Position numbers and translations under genes: made by a program
The notes under the pieces: model-generated
Told to the model about the DNA's origin: nothing
Seen by the model: the letters and a program-made list of their open reading frames with translations, nothing else
Databases searched by the model: none
IMG/VR virus record: IMGVR_UViG_3300032053_000050
Location: 7,803-71,802 of that record
DNA length: 64,000 nucleotides
Strand: one strand, 5' to 3'
From: a virus
Shown here: piece after piece, positions 30,935-41,366 of the stretch
How positions within the stretch are numbered: position 1 is the stretch's first letter
How the letters are laid out: each line of letters starts with the position of its first letter

Positions 30935-31671
30935 ACAAATTTTAACGCCAGAACTTTTTTATATCAAATCTTATTATTATATTTGTATTATAAAAAACAA
31001 AAACATGAAAATTCCAGTAGTAGGTGATAAAATTTATGTTCCTAGCTCAATTTACGTTTATCGTGGAGCCGATGATTTTTGCGGTGGAATTGCTACTGTA
31101 TCAAAAGTTGAAGTAGACAAATATAAGAATGGCTCTGATAATCCAAATTATTGTTTTGTCAGTGTTAAAGAAAGACCAGGCTCAGCATATAATTGGCCCA
31201 TTTAGAACAAGAGCAGGAAAAACTTAAAGAAATGTATGGTGAAGAAATTGCTCATCCTGACCCAGACTTAAGATTCAATGACTCAGAAGCTGATTGGCAC
31301 CAATAAAATAAAAATGTATTTATTTGCTCGTTGGATAACAACCTGTTATTCACAAAGAGAGATAAATGAGCAACCAGGTATATAGTGGAAAGAACAATTA
31401 AATTGGTTTGAAAAACGTATATATCCACAATATAAAAAAAATGGATCTATAGATCATTGTAAGCTTTTTTATCAATAGAATATCATTAAAGGAATTAGAA
31501 AATTTACCAAATTTAAAATTAAAATGAAATTAAAAGAAATTAGTTTTTTATATAGTGTTTACGAAAAAAGAAAATATTTAGAAAATACTAAAGAAGAAAT
31601 TCGTAAAATTTATTCATGTCCTTGGTTGCTTATAAAACCAAATAAACCTATGTATTTTAAATAATACGAAA

Positions 31672-32565
31672 ATGAATTACGAAAAAGCAGTATCGAATAT
31701 ACGTAAAGAACTTAAAGCGTATATAGAGAAATGGAAAATCCAATCTCTTGTTATTGGAATATCTGGAGGAATTGATAGTTGTTTATGCGCAGTATTAGCA
31801 AAGGTGGTTTGTGAAGAATTAAATATACCACTAATTGGAAGAAGTTTACCAATAACTACTAATACTCAAGATGAAATAAATAGAGCAGATTTAATAGGTA
31901 GAGTTTTTTGTTCAAATTTTAGACGAGAAAATTTAGATGAAATTTTTAATAAATTGTCAATTATAAATCCAGATCCTATATATAGTTATATTGAGTCTAT
32001 AGATATACGTGGATTATCTGATAAACAAATAACCAAAGAATGGAAAATTCGTAATGGAAACATAAAAGCAAGACTTCGTATGATTTATCTTTATAATACT
32101 GCTTCCCAAAATAGATTAGTTCTTTCCACAGATAATTATACAGAATATCTATTAGGGTTCAGTACTATTATGGGGGATTGGGGAGATTTTGGAATGATTC
32201 AATATTTATGGAAAACAGAAGTTTATGAAATGAGTGAATGGATTGCAAACAATGAATGTAAATTTTTAGACCAACAAGAAGCTTTAATGTCTACTATAGA
32301 AGCAATGGCAACTGATGGTCTTGGAGTTTCTAATCTTGGAGACCTTGGGCAAATATTACCAGAATGGAAAGGAAATTCAAGAGATGGATATGTAGAAGTT
32401 GACAAAATACTTCAACAAATGGAAAGTATATCTATTAGAAATCCTCATCATGAATTAGATAATCATCCAGTTATATTACGTCATTTAAATTCTCAATTTA
32501 AACGTGATTGGCCTATAACAATTAAAAGAAATAAGATTTTGGCCATACAAGAAGATGTGTTATGA
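31672..32565 (+). CDS. nadE: NH3-dependent NAD+ synthetase
   Basis: GISGGIDS, GNIKARLRM, STDNYTE..LGFST..GD, LWKTEVY. Confidence 0.92.
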   Translation: MNYEKAVSNIRKELKAYIEKWKIQSLVIGISGGIDSCLCAVLAKVVCEELNIPLIGRSLPITTNTQDEINRADLIGRVFCSNFRRENLDEIFNKLSIINPDPIYSYIESIDIRGLSDKQITKEWKIRNGNIKARLRMIYLYNTASQNRLVLSTDNYTEYLLGFSTIMGDWGDFGMIQYLWKTEVYEMSEWIANNECKFLDQQEALMSTIEAMATDGLGVSNLGDLGQILPEWKGNSRDGYVEVDKILQQMESISIRNPHHELDNHPVILRHLNSQFKRDWPITIKRNKILAIQEDVL

Positions 32566-32601
32566 ATATAAATTGTAATCAAAGAAAATAATTGAATTAA
32601 T

Positions 32602-33204
32602 ATGAAAGCTTTAATAGTTGTAGATTGTCAACAAGACTTTATGCCCGGTGGAGCACTCGCAGTACCAGGAGGCGATGAGGTGGTACCAATTATAAATGAA
32701 TTAATCACAAATTTTGATTTGGTTATTTTTACAAAAGACTGGCATCCAGATAATCATAGTGGATTTGCTTCACAAGCAGGAGTACAACCTTTTGATACAA
32801 TAGATGGAAATGTATTTTGGCCAGATCATTGTGTTCAATATACTCCAGGAGCAGATTTACACCCAGATATTAATTTTGCTAAATGTAAAAAAGATTTCTA
32901 TATCTTTAAAAAGGGAGAAGATGTTCATTTACAAGGTTATAGTGCATTTGATTTTAATGATGATAAAGAAAAAATACCCGAATTGGTTAAATTTTTAAAT
33001 GAAAAAAATATTACACAAATATATATTGTAGGTTTAGCTGGTGATTATTGTTGTAGAGAAACTGCAATAGATGCATCAGTATATGGTTTTGATACATTTT
33101 TTATAATAGATGCAATAAGATTTATTTCTGATGATACATCAAAAACTTTAAATTTGTTATATAAATCAAATGTTAAAATTATAAAAAGTAAAGAATTATT
33201 TTAA
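32602..33204 (+). CDS. pncA: Nicotinamidase
   Basis: VVDCQQDFMPGGAL, TKDWHP..H, WPDHCVQ, KG, YSAF, GLAGDYC. Confidence 0.92.
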   Translation: MKALIVVDCQQDFMPGGALAVPGGDEVVPIINELITNFDLVIFTKDWHPDNHSGFASQAGVQPFDTIDGNVFWPDHCVQYTPGADLHPDINFAKCKKDFYIFKKGEDVHLQGYSAFDFNDDKEKIPELVKFLNEKNITQIYIVGLAGDYCCRETAIDASVYGFDTFFIIDAIRFISDDTSKTLNLLYKSNVKIIKSKELF

Positions 33205-33216
33205 ATTATTTGTACC

Positions 33217-33738
33217 ATGAAAACATTAGTGATACATCCAAAAGATCATAGTACAGATTTTTTATCTACTATTTATGAAGATAAACCATCTTGGCATATT
33301 ATTAATTTAGATGTATCGAATAAAATTTTAAAAAATGAAATATCTCGTCATGATAGAATAATTATAATGGGGCATGGTACTCCTATGGGTTTATTAGGTT
33401 ATGGTAGATATGTTATAACTCCCAAATTTGTTTATTTACTTCGTGACTTAAATAAAAAGTATGTTTTTATTTGGTGTAATGCTAATAAGTTTATAGAAAA
33501 ATATTATCTTCATGGATTTTATACAGGAATGATTATTTCTGAAATGAGAGAAGCATATTATTGTGGTATTAGAACTACTAATGCAGAAATAAATTTTTCT
33601 AATTTTCTTTTTGCAGATTCTATTAAAAAGTCTATTGATTTAGATGATTTTTATAAAAATGTAATTCTTTACTATGATAATTATATTCAATTTAATCCTA
33701 TAATTTTATTTAACAAAAAAAATATATACGAAAGATGA
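33217..33738 (+). CDS. Hypothetical protein (MGHG...FIWC motif, possibly caspase-fold)
   Basis: HG and WC motifs. Confidence 0.4.
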   Translation: MKTLVIHPKDHSTDFLSTIYEDKPSWHIINLDVSNKILKNEISRHDRIIIMGHGTPMGLLGYGRYVITPKFVYLLRDLNKKYVFIWCNANKFIEKYYLHGFYTGMIISEMREAYYCGIRTTNAEINFSNFLFADSIKKSIDLDDFYKNVILYYDNYIQFNPIILFNKKNIYER

Positions 33739-33946
33739 CACAAAAAATAATTTATTGTGCGCCTATTAATTCAGGAGAACCAGGTGTATCATTTAGAGAA
33801 ATTAATAAAGAACTTATTGATGGATGGTCGATTGTATCTGTAACTTCTCAGGTTTGTGCAATTACATCTGGAGGGCAAACTTATTCTGTAGCAAAAACAT
33901 ACGGAGGATTTGCTATTGTACTAGAAAAAAATATAAAAGAATAAAA

Positions 33947-35128
33947 ATGCAAACCGAGCCTATAATAAAATCTATATTAGATTGCGACCTATATAAATTT
34001 AGTATGATGAATGCTATACTGAAGCTTTTTCCTACAGCAAAAGTTCGTTATAGATTAATAGTTCGTTCAGAAGTTATATTTCCAGAAGGATTTGGCCAAG
34101 AACTTAGAAAGCAAGTTAACAATATGTTTTATCTTAAGCTTAGTCGTGGAGAAAAGAATTGGTTTGCTGGAAGATGTAAATATATTGATCCTTCTTATTT
34201 TGATTTTCTTGAAGGATATAGATATAATCCATCAGAAGTTGGAATTATTCAAGATGGTGGAAAACTTGAAATTCTTATAGAAGGTTATTGGTATCGTACA
34301 GTTCTTTGGGAAGTTCCTCTTATGGCTCTTATATCAGAATTATACTTTGATATGACTAATCAAAAGCCAGTTAATCGTGTTGAAAGAGAACAAAACAATT
34401 AACGTAAAGCTGGATTGTTTAATATGCATAATGTTAAGTTTTCAGATTTTGGAACACGTAGAAGATTTTCATATGAAAATCAAGCTGAAGTAGTTTCAGA
34501 TCTTATTTTTCAATGTAGAAATACATTTAATGGAACGTCAAACGTACATCTTGCATATTTGAATAATGTTTGTCCTATAGGAACTCATGCTCATGAATGG
34601 TTCATGTTCCATGCAGCAAAATATGGTTTTAAGCAAGCAAACTTTTTATCACTTGAACATTGGTCTAATGTTTATCAGGGTGATCTTGGAATTGCTCTTA
34701 CAGATACATTTACAACCGATGCATTTTTCAAATCCTTTGGTAAAAAGTTTTCTAAACTATTTGATGGTGTAAGGCAAGATAGTGCAGATCCATTTGTTTT
34801 TGCTAAAAAAGCTATTAAACATTACGAAAGCATGGGAATAGATCCTGAGTCTAAAACTATTATTTTTTCAGATAATCTTACTCCAGAAATGGCAGTTTCA
34901 CTTAATAGTTTTTGCACGCAAGAAATAAAATGTGCTATGGGAATAGGTACAAATCTATCTAATGATGTAGGTGTAAAACCATTGAATATGGTCATTAAGA
35001 TGGTCGCCGTTAAACCCGAAGAAGAGGATGAATGGATTTCTACCATTAAACTTTCAGACTCAGCAGAGAAGCACACAGGTGACGAAAAAATGATTGAATT
35101 TTGTAAATATCAACTTAATATAAAATAA
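33947..35128 (+). pseudogene. pncB: Nicotinate phosphoribosyltransferase with one in-frame TAA at 34400-34402
   Basis: LDCDLYKFSM, LWEVPL, DFGTRRR, GTSNV, GTHAHEW, LTDT, GVRQDS, FSD, GIGT, KLSD; both halves in the same frame. Confidence 0.9.
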
Positions 35129-35351
35129 AATGGAAAATGACGATTACGATTATTTTACAAGCACAGTTGATGGTGCAGCAGGATTCGAAAGAATGAGAGT
35201 TGGAAGACCAAGCAAGTATCCTGAAGAATATTATCCTGAAGATGCTTATGAAGAAAGAGATGACAAAGATGATAGTGAGTGTGAGTGTGGTTGTTCCGAT
35301 CCGGGATGTCCTTGCGGTGGAATAAAAAGAGGTGGATTATAAAATATAGGT

Positions 35352-35768
35352 ATGTGTTTCTTTGTTCAACTTAAAAATCGTAAACCGTTAATTGCCCAAA
35401 CTGATATTATTTGTTATAAGGGTGGATTTATAACAAATAAAACGGCAAAAGTATTAATATCGGAATTACAACATCATATCTATAGAATAGGACATAAACA
35501 ACCAAAAGTAACACTTAAGAAAAAACTAGCATTTAATGAACAAGGAGTTTTTGACATAACAATAGTAATAAACGAAGGCTATCATTCATATAGTACTTTA
35601 AGTTCTTGGCCAAATCCTTCTGGAAATATAACTTCTGAACGAACTATTAAAGAAGGATTACCCATGTTTTTAAAAGCTACATGTATTATTCCAAAAGGAA
35701 CTTTGTATTATTATAACGATAAGTATAAACAATACGTTTCTGAAACAATAATGTTAAAAAAACTATGA
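35352..35768 (+). CDS. Hypothetical phage protein
   Basis: DIICYK...GYHSY...CIIPKGT.YY motif. Confidence 0.55.
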   Translation: MCFFVQLKNRKPLIAQTDIICYKGGFITNKTAKVLISELQHHIYRIGHKQPKVTLKKKLAFNEQGVFDITIVINEGYHSYSTLSSWPNPSGNITSERTIKEGLPMFLKATCIIPKGTLYYYNDKYKQYVSETIMLKKL

Positions 35769-36232
35769 GCTTAGATGATATTACTTTAGTTAAAAAAACA
35801 CTAACAAAAGAAAATCAATTAGATTTTTTCAAATATATAACGCAATTAAACCTCGTATCACAGAAAAAAGAAGCCCTAGTTCTTTCATCTTTCTTTTATT
35901 ATGACGAAAATGAAATAGAAGATATCAAAATAATTATAAATCTGAAGGAACTTAATAGAATTCCTAAAATGGATGAATTTTTTGATATGATAAAAGCGAT
36001 ACCAAATAATGATATTTTTTGTGGATGTTTTATTGATAATAAACCTAATGCAAAATATTCTAATAAGTATACTAAATTTTTTGATTTACTTGTATCGTTA
36101 AAAGATTATCCATCAGATAAAAGAATTTTAGGAAAAAAAGATGTTCATGGAATTTTTGAAGCACATGGATTTAAAGTTCTTAACATGGAAGAAATTAAAG
36201 GAGTTACTTATTTTTATGCTAAAAAGCAATGA
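35765..36232 (+). CDS. Hypothetical protein
   Basis: ORF. Confidence 0.5.
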   Translation: MSLDDITLVKKTLTKENQLDFFKYITQLNLVSQKKEALVLSSFFYYDENEIEDIKIIINLKELNRIPKMDEFFDMIKAIPNNDIFCGCFIDNKPNAKYSNKYTKFFDLLVSLKDYPSDKRILGKKDVHGIFEAHGFKVLNMEEIKGVTYFYAKKQ

Positions 36233-36760
36233 TTATCTTTTGTATGGACCTCGTTTTTTTCCTAATCGAGATTTAGTCATTTTTAATCTTGTTTCTTCCG
36301 TTTTAGGTTTTTTCATTTTTTGTTTAGTTTCTTCTGAAAGATTATAATGTTCTTTGACAGTATTATCATAATTTAATTTACGAGAAATAGTACGTTTTTT
36401 TATCCATTCAGAAGTTTGTTTTTTTCCTTTTCTTGTTTTACTCATTTTTTCACGACTAAAAATACTATGAGAAGCTTTTTCTTTAATACCTCCTTTAGGA
36501 CTTATATTATATCCATTAGGAACTAAAGTATTATATTGTTGAATATATTTTTCTTGCGCATTAAAAGCATCTTCTTTAGTATCAAAAAATTCAAGAATTT
36601 CTCTTTTAAATTTGTTTATTCCATATTCATTCAAAGCATATTTAATGTATATACCACTTCCTACGTAAATATCTTCTAAATTATTAGTAGAATGATCACC
36701 TATATATTGTTTCCCATTGATAATATTTGTAGTTAAATAAACAAAATGAAATTTTTGCAT
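36233..36760 (-). CDS. GIY-YIG homing endonuclease
   Basis: FVYLTTNIINGKQYIG, YVGSG, PNGYNISPKGG. Confidence 0.9.
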   Translation of the reverse strand: MQKFHFVYLTTNIINGKQYIGDHSTNNLEDIYVGSGIYIKYALNEYGINKFKREILEFFDTKEDAFNAQEKYIQQYNTLVPNGYNISPKGGIKEKASHSIFSREKMSKTRKGKKQTSEWIKKRTISRKLNYDNTVKEHYNLSEETKQKMKKPKTEETRLKMTKSRLGKKRGPYKR

Positions 36761-36856
36761 AAAACATTGTTTTATTATTTATTTATACACCAAGTTAAAA
36801 CTTTCGATGTTTTATAAAATATAAATATAGAAAATAAAGTTCTTTGAATTTATAAT

Positions 36857-37121
36857 TAACTGTAGTAAATTTTGTGATACTTCGTATCCTTGCCGAAAGG
36901 CGAAAACCCGTCGATGGATGTCGATATTTATACTATGTATTTATACTATGTAAACTAAGCAACGCCAAGGGTTTGAGGTCTTCGGACTAATAAAACTGAG
37001 TGTAAGAAGGCTCGTAGGACGAAAAAATAACTCCTATACTTACAAGGAAGGCTGGCAGAAATCCTTAAAATCTCCGGAGAGTTAACTCCTAAAAAACGCA
37101 CAAAATAATAATTCTCAGTTA
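36857..37121 (+). ncRNA. Y-like RNA 3 carrying a roughly 210-nt multi-helix insert
   Basis: taactg-tagtaa-attttgtg-atacttcg ... cacaaaat-aataattct-cagtta; internal gcc-GAAA-ggc and gtc-TTCG-gac hairpins; preceded by promoter and boxA. Confidence 0.75.
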
Positions 37122-37171
37122 TATTTTAGTATTCTTCTTGCATACCGTAAGAACTGCTTAAGAATCATTTT

Positions 37172-37218
37172 AAACCGTAGTTAGGCACATTTAGTAGCCT
37201 TAACTACGGTTTTATTTT
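37172..37218 (+). terminator. Intrinsic terminator
   Basis: aaaccgtagtta...taactacggttttatttt. Confidence 0.8.
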
Positions 37219-37237
37219 GAATATATATAATAAACTT

Positions 37238-37354
37238 ATGAAATATTATGTTTATTTAACAACCAATCTTCTTAATGGAAAACAATATGTTGGAGAACGT
37301 TCTTGTAATTGCGAAATAGAAAATGATAAATATTTAGGAAGTGGTAGGATGTAA
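37238..37354 (+). pseudogene. Truncated GIY-YIG endonuclease N-terminus
   Basis: MKYYVYLTTNLLNGKQYVG...KYLGSGRM*. Confidence 0.8.
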
Positions 37355-37454
37355 TCCCGAAGGTACGGTGTCTTAGGCGTCTTACAATCACGTACAAGAC
37401 CAATAGTAATGAGGCGAGGACAATAAGAGACAACTTATAAAAACTCACTTCCTA
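37335..37454 (+). ncRNA. Candidate rod-like structured RNA
   Basis: taggaagtg/cacttccta closing stem, inner tgtct/agaca and gtctt/aagac; terminator at 37472-37507. Confidence 0.4.
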
Positions 37455-37796
37455 TTTTCTCGGCAAACAACAAAGGGTTAAGTCGCAAAGCGTCTTGACC
37501 CTTTTTTATTTAATATATACTAAAAAGTATATGACAAACAAATTCATAAAAGGATATGACAAACCATTTTTTGATGGTTTTGTTCCCTTAAAACCTTTAA
37601 CTTATACTATCGTTATAGTTTATATGGATGGGTATTCTACAGAAATACCGGGTATAGAATACCCGTGGGCTTATATGAATAAATTGAAACACAATGTTAA
37701 TATTAAAATATCATATATAAAAACTTAACAAAATTTTAATACTTAAATATTTTTAGTTTCTTTATTTTATATTATATTTGTATAAATGAATGTAGT

Positions 37797-38192
37797 ATGG
37801 AATTTTTGCAAAATTCAGTTAGAAATGACTTAATGATAGATGCTATTGAGGGTGGTAGTAATTATTGGTATTTACTTGGAGAAGATGCTACTAATACTAT
37901 AAGTAAATATCAAGGGCTTAAACTTCCTTTACATGGAGAATATTTTTATTCTACTTTTGCAGAAGCTATTATGCCGGCTATTGAAAAAGAAGAAAAAATA
38001 CCTATTCATGATATAGAATCTCCACATGAATTACTTGGAATACTTTCATTAGAAAGTATTAAGAGAGGTGAAGAAATAATGTTTGAACAATACCCTAAGC
38101 ATTTTGCAAATATCTTGAATGAAAATTCAGATGCAGAAACTGCTGATGTTTGGCTACAACTTTGTGTAATGGGTGAAATAGTATTCGGATAA
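37797..38192 (+). CDS. Hypothetical phage protein
   Basis: EGGSNYW...DAETADVWLQ....GEIVFG. Confidence 0.6.
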   Translation: MEFLQNSVRNDLMIDAIEGGSNYWYLLGEDATNTISKYQGLKLPLHGEYFYSTFAEAIMPAIEKEEKIPIHDIESPHELLGILSLESIKRGEEIMFEQYPKHFANILNENSDAETADVWLQLCVMGEIVFG

Positions 38193-38655
38193 TGCAAGAT
38201 TATATAACACACTATGAAATTCGTGGAGATTTGCGTGTATTAATAATTCGTGAATTTATAACATCAAATTTTTCTGTTTATAAAACACTTTATTTTATTA
38301 ATACAGAAATGGAAAACAGAAAAATAAATTTTCGACGTTATTTAGTTAGATAAATGAAATTTAATAAGTTATCATATGGTGAAATAAAAAGTAATTTTAC
38401 AAATATAAATATGAAAAAATATTTTTAATTTTTTTATTTACTGTATTCAGATGAAAAGAGATGCAATAGTAAAAGCTATTAAAGTGAGAGAATATCACGA
38501 AACATATAGCTTATCAAGATTAGCTGCTTGGCAAGCCTCAGAAATAACAATAATGTATGCTCTTAAAGAAGGCTTATATCCAGGATATCAATCTGTAAAT
38601 AAACGAGTATTGAATTATATTCAATCAGAAATTGAATATGCAATATCTGGAATAG

Positions 38656-39000
38656 ATGCAATTTAACGAAAAATTATCATATAGCACTTTCTTTGGAGTT
38701 ATAGAATACTTTTATTTCGAAAAAGAAGAAAATTATACTAATGGACTTTTTATTTTTATGGGAAGTTACGTATATAAACAATATAGAGGAAACGGTCATT
38801 TTAAAAAAATGCTTAAACATTTATTAAACGATTTTCCTAATGGAACTACTATTCAGGTTCCTGTTGAAAATAAAAACTTGGTTTCAATGTTTAGAAGATT
38901 AGGATTAAAAAAAGTAGAAAGAATTGAATATTGGGAAACATTATCTAATGCAATTACTATGGAAGGTATTTTAGATAAAATAAAATTAAATATATTATAA
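38656..39000 (+). CDS. GNAT-like acetyltransferase
   Basis: VYKQYRGNGHFK acetyl-CoA motif; MFRRLGL. Confidence 0.6.
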   Translation: MQFNEKLSYSTFFGVIEYFYFEKEENYTNGLFIFMGSYVYKQYRGNGHFKKMLKHLLNDFPNGTTIQVPVENKNLVSMFRRLGLKKVERIEYWETLSNAITMEGILDKIKLNIL

Positions 39001-39105
39001 AAAAATAAATGAATGAAAAAGATTGGATTGGATTTTATTTATTTTTTTATAATAATTTTGCATTAAAATTAATAGAAAATAAAAAGTAATTTTACAAATA
39101 TAAAT

Positions 39106-39729
39106 ATGAAAAAAATATTTTTAATTTTTTTATTTACTGTATTTGGAATAACTTATGCTCAAAATATTCAATTTTTAGGAGGAGTGAATTCTAATAATGA
39201 TTTTGTAAATTTTGCTACTGTCGAGTTTTATAAAACTCAAGAATGTGGTAGTATTTATTATGTTACTGATCTTAAAATAAGTAAAGATGGTTTTTCAGAA
39301 GCTTATACAGAGATATCAAAATATTGGAATATTAATAAATTAGGTTCTTTAACAGTTCAATACAATGTAGGTATTAATAAATATTTTCAGATAAAACCAG
39401 TATATTTAGCAGGAATTTCAAAATCATTTTCTTATGATAAGTTTAATATACAATTTGATGCAATGTATCATTATCAAGTAGAATGTACTTCTGAAGAAAA
39501 AACTCATGGATATCAAATTACTACAATATTTTCTCAAGATTTTAAAAAGATGCAATATTCTGGATATTTAGATTTTTGGAATTCAAAGTATTTTACATTT
39601 GAACCTCAAGGATGGTGGAAGTTTTCAAAAAGAGTTTGGGCAGGATTGGAATGGAGAGCATCTAATTATGATTTATATGGTGATTATGAGAATTATTTTA
39701 TGTTTGGATTTAAATACAATTTAGAATGA
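39106..39729 (+). CDS. Outer-membrane beta-barrel protein (DUF5020-like)
   Basis: Signal peptide TYA-QNIQ; ATVEFYK, AYTEISKYW, EPQ.W; family call from memory only. Confidence 0.55.
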   Translation: MKKIFLIFLFTVFGITYAQNIQFLGGVNSNNDFVNFATVEFYKTQECGSIYYVTDLKISKDGFSEAYTEISKYWNINKLGSLTVQYNVGINKYFQIKPVYLAGISKSFSYDKFNIQFDAMYHYQVECTSEEKTHGYQITTIFSQDFKKMQYSGYLDFWNSKYFTFEPQGWWKFSKRVWAGLEWRASNYDLYGDYENYFMFGFKYNLE

Positions 39730-39883
39730 TAAAAAGATTATTAAGAGTAATAGTTGGAATACTATTAGTAATAACTTTACCTGTGAATATTATAATTTTC
39801 CTTCTATACTGGGTTATAACAGGCAAACCTTTATTTATAGCAGTTCTTAATTGGACAATATTAGGAGAATTTAATTACGACTA

Positions 39884-40318
39884 ATGTTAGAAAAAAGAAA
39901 GGGTATTCCCGCCAAAAAGGGATATTATGTAACTAAAAACGGAATACGTTATCGTTACGACTCTATGACTGAATTAGCAATGATGATGTATCTGGATAAT
40001 GGTGGACTTGGTTGGGTAAAAAATACAAAGTTACGAATTCCTTACATATTTGAGGGAAAACAAAGAAAATATATTTCAGATTTTATACTTGACCCTTTTG
40101 GAAGATTAATACCTGGAGCTATATTGGAAATAAAAGGCAGTAATGACAAACCTGAACTTCCATTTAAAATTGAAGCAGCAGAACAATATTGTAAGAACAA
40201 TGGATTATCTTATTTATTAATGCCATATGATGAAGTTAGAAAATTAGTAAATTGGAAAGATGTACAAGAATATCACAATAAACATAATAATATAAAAAAT
40301 GAAAACATTAAAAATTAA
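39884..40318 (+). CDS. PD-(D/E)xK endonuclease (TnsA N-terminal-like)
   Basis: YDSMTE, IPY...RKYISDF, LEIKG, K..AA..YC. Confidence 0.7.
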   Translation: MLEKRKGIPAKKGYYVTKNGIRYRYDSMTELAMMMYLDNGGLGWVKNTKLRIPYIFEGKQRKYISDFILDPFGRLIPGAILEIKGSNDKPELPFKIEAAEQYCKNNGLSYLLMPYDEVRKLVNWKDVQEYHNKHNNIKNENIKN

Positions 40319-40601
40319 ATTTCACTCATTTATTGATTTAATCACAAACTCATCAACAGAAATGTTTGCTGATTATTCAAAATCCGTAGAACCTTTGAAA
40401 GAAATGATTAATGAAATGTTCAAAGTTTGTGGAATAGAAGAAACTTGTGATGAAGTTTTTGTTATCGAACTTGATAATGAAGGTGATGAAGAAATGCCAG
40501 CTACATTAAATATTCATGCAAAATATGAAAAATATGATTATTTAGTTAAATTAATTGAAAAATTTATCAATTCAGTTGAAGTAATAGAATTTATGAATTA
40601 A
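40299..40601 (+). CDS. Hypothetical phage protein
   Basis: FIDLITNSSTE motif. Confidence 0.55.
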   Translation: MKTLKIKFHSFIDLITNSSTEMFADYSKSVEPLKEMINEMFKVCGIEETCDEVFVIELDNEGDEEMPATLNIHAKYEKYDYLVKLIEKFINSVEVIEFMN

Positions 40602-40683
40602 CAAAATTTTAACAAAAATCCTTTTTTCTTTTAATATTTTGTATTATATTTATATTCATAAAAAATGTTATCATGAAAAGTTC

Positions 40684-40836
40684 TTTGGATTAGTATTGAG
40701 ATGATGTTTCTTTATGATAAGAAACTGACAGTTCGGCGGATGTGCAGAGAATGAAGAAAAATTGAAATCCGGAAATTCGTACTTTGATACGATTGACAAT
40801 AATGGTCAAATCAAGATAATGCAATACTAATCCAAA
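40684..40836 (+). ncRNA. Candidate structured RNA closed by a perfect 15-bp stem
   Basis: tttggattagtattg/caatactaatccaaa; inner hairpins gtttctt/aagaaac, tcgta/tacga, ttgac/gtcaa. Confidence 0.6.
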
Positions 40837-40940
40837 AACTTTTTTATAAAAGATTTTAACAATAACTAATAAAAACGAAAACTTTTTACTTGATATATAA
40901 TAAAAGATATAAATAAACTTAATATTTTAAAATACAAAAA

Positions 40941-41085
40941 ATGATACGCATAGCGAAACATATGGTGAACAATTGGAATGCTGATAATGACATTAGAGGA
41001 AACCTTACGCTCGCGGATAATAGATATTAGTAAATAAATAAAATCTATATAAAAAGCGGGCACCTTCAAAAAGTTCTCGCTTTTT
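40941..41085 (+). promoter_or_regulatory. Leader uORF (29 aa) plus terminator upstream of tRNA array 2
   Basis: uORF 40941-41030; hairpin aaaaagcggg...ctcgcttttt at 41051-41085; boxA-like motifs at 41088 and 41108. Confidence 0.5.
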
Positions 41086-41130
41086 AATGTTCTTTAAGTA
41101 GAACGATGATCTTTGACATGTTGGTATTTT

Positions 41131-41203
41131 GCCTTCTTAACTCAATTGGTAGAGTAACGGACCTTTAATCCGTGAGTTCAGGATTCGAGTTCCTGAGGAG
41201 GCA
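41131..41203 (+). tRNA. tRNA-Lys(TTT)
   Basis: acgga-cctttaa-tccgt (C33). Confidence 0.85.
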
Positions 41204-41286
41204 CTAATTAGCTTAATAGTTAAACATTGGTGTGTATACCATTGATATCGTGGCAGAAGGTTCGATTCCTGACAACTATTATTTGC

Positions 41287-41359
41287 GCGCCTATGGTGTT
41301 TAACGGTAGCATATAACCCTTCCAAGGTCGAGGTCTCGATTCGAATTCGGGTAGGCGCT
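41287..41359 (+). tRNA. tRNA-Gly(TCC)
   Basis: acc-cttccaa-ggt; gcgccta/taggcgc-T. Confidence 0.85.
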
Positions 41360-41366
41360 CTAAATT

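Noticed and set aside
36985-37030. Hammerhead ribozyme inside Y-like RNA 3
   Set aside because: CUGAG...GACGAAA lacks a proper CUGANGA core and stem II arrangement
41215-41280. tRNA-Ile(GAT)-like sequence
   Set aside because: T-loop present but arms too poorly paired to call; probable decayed tRNA
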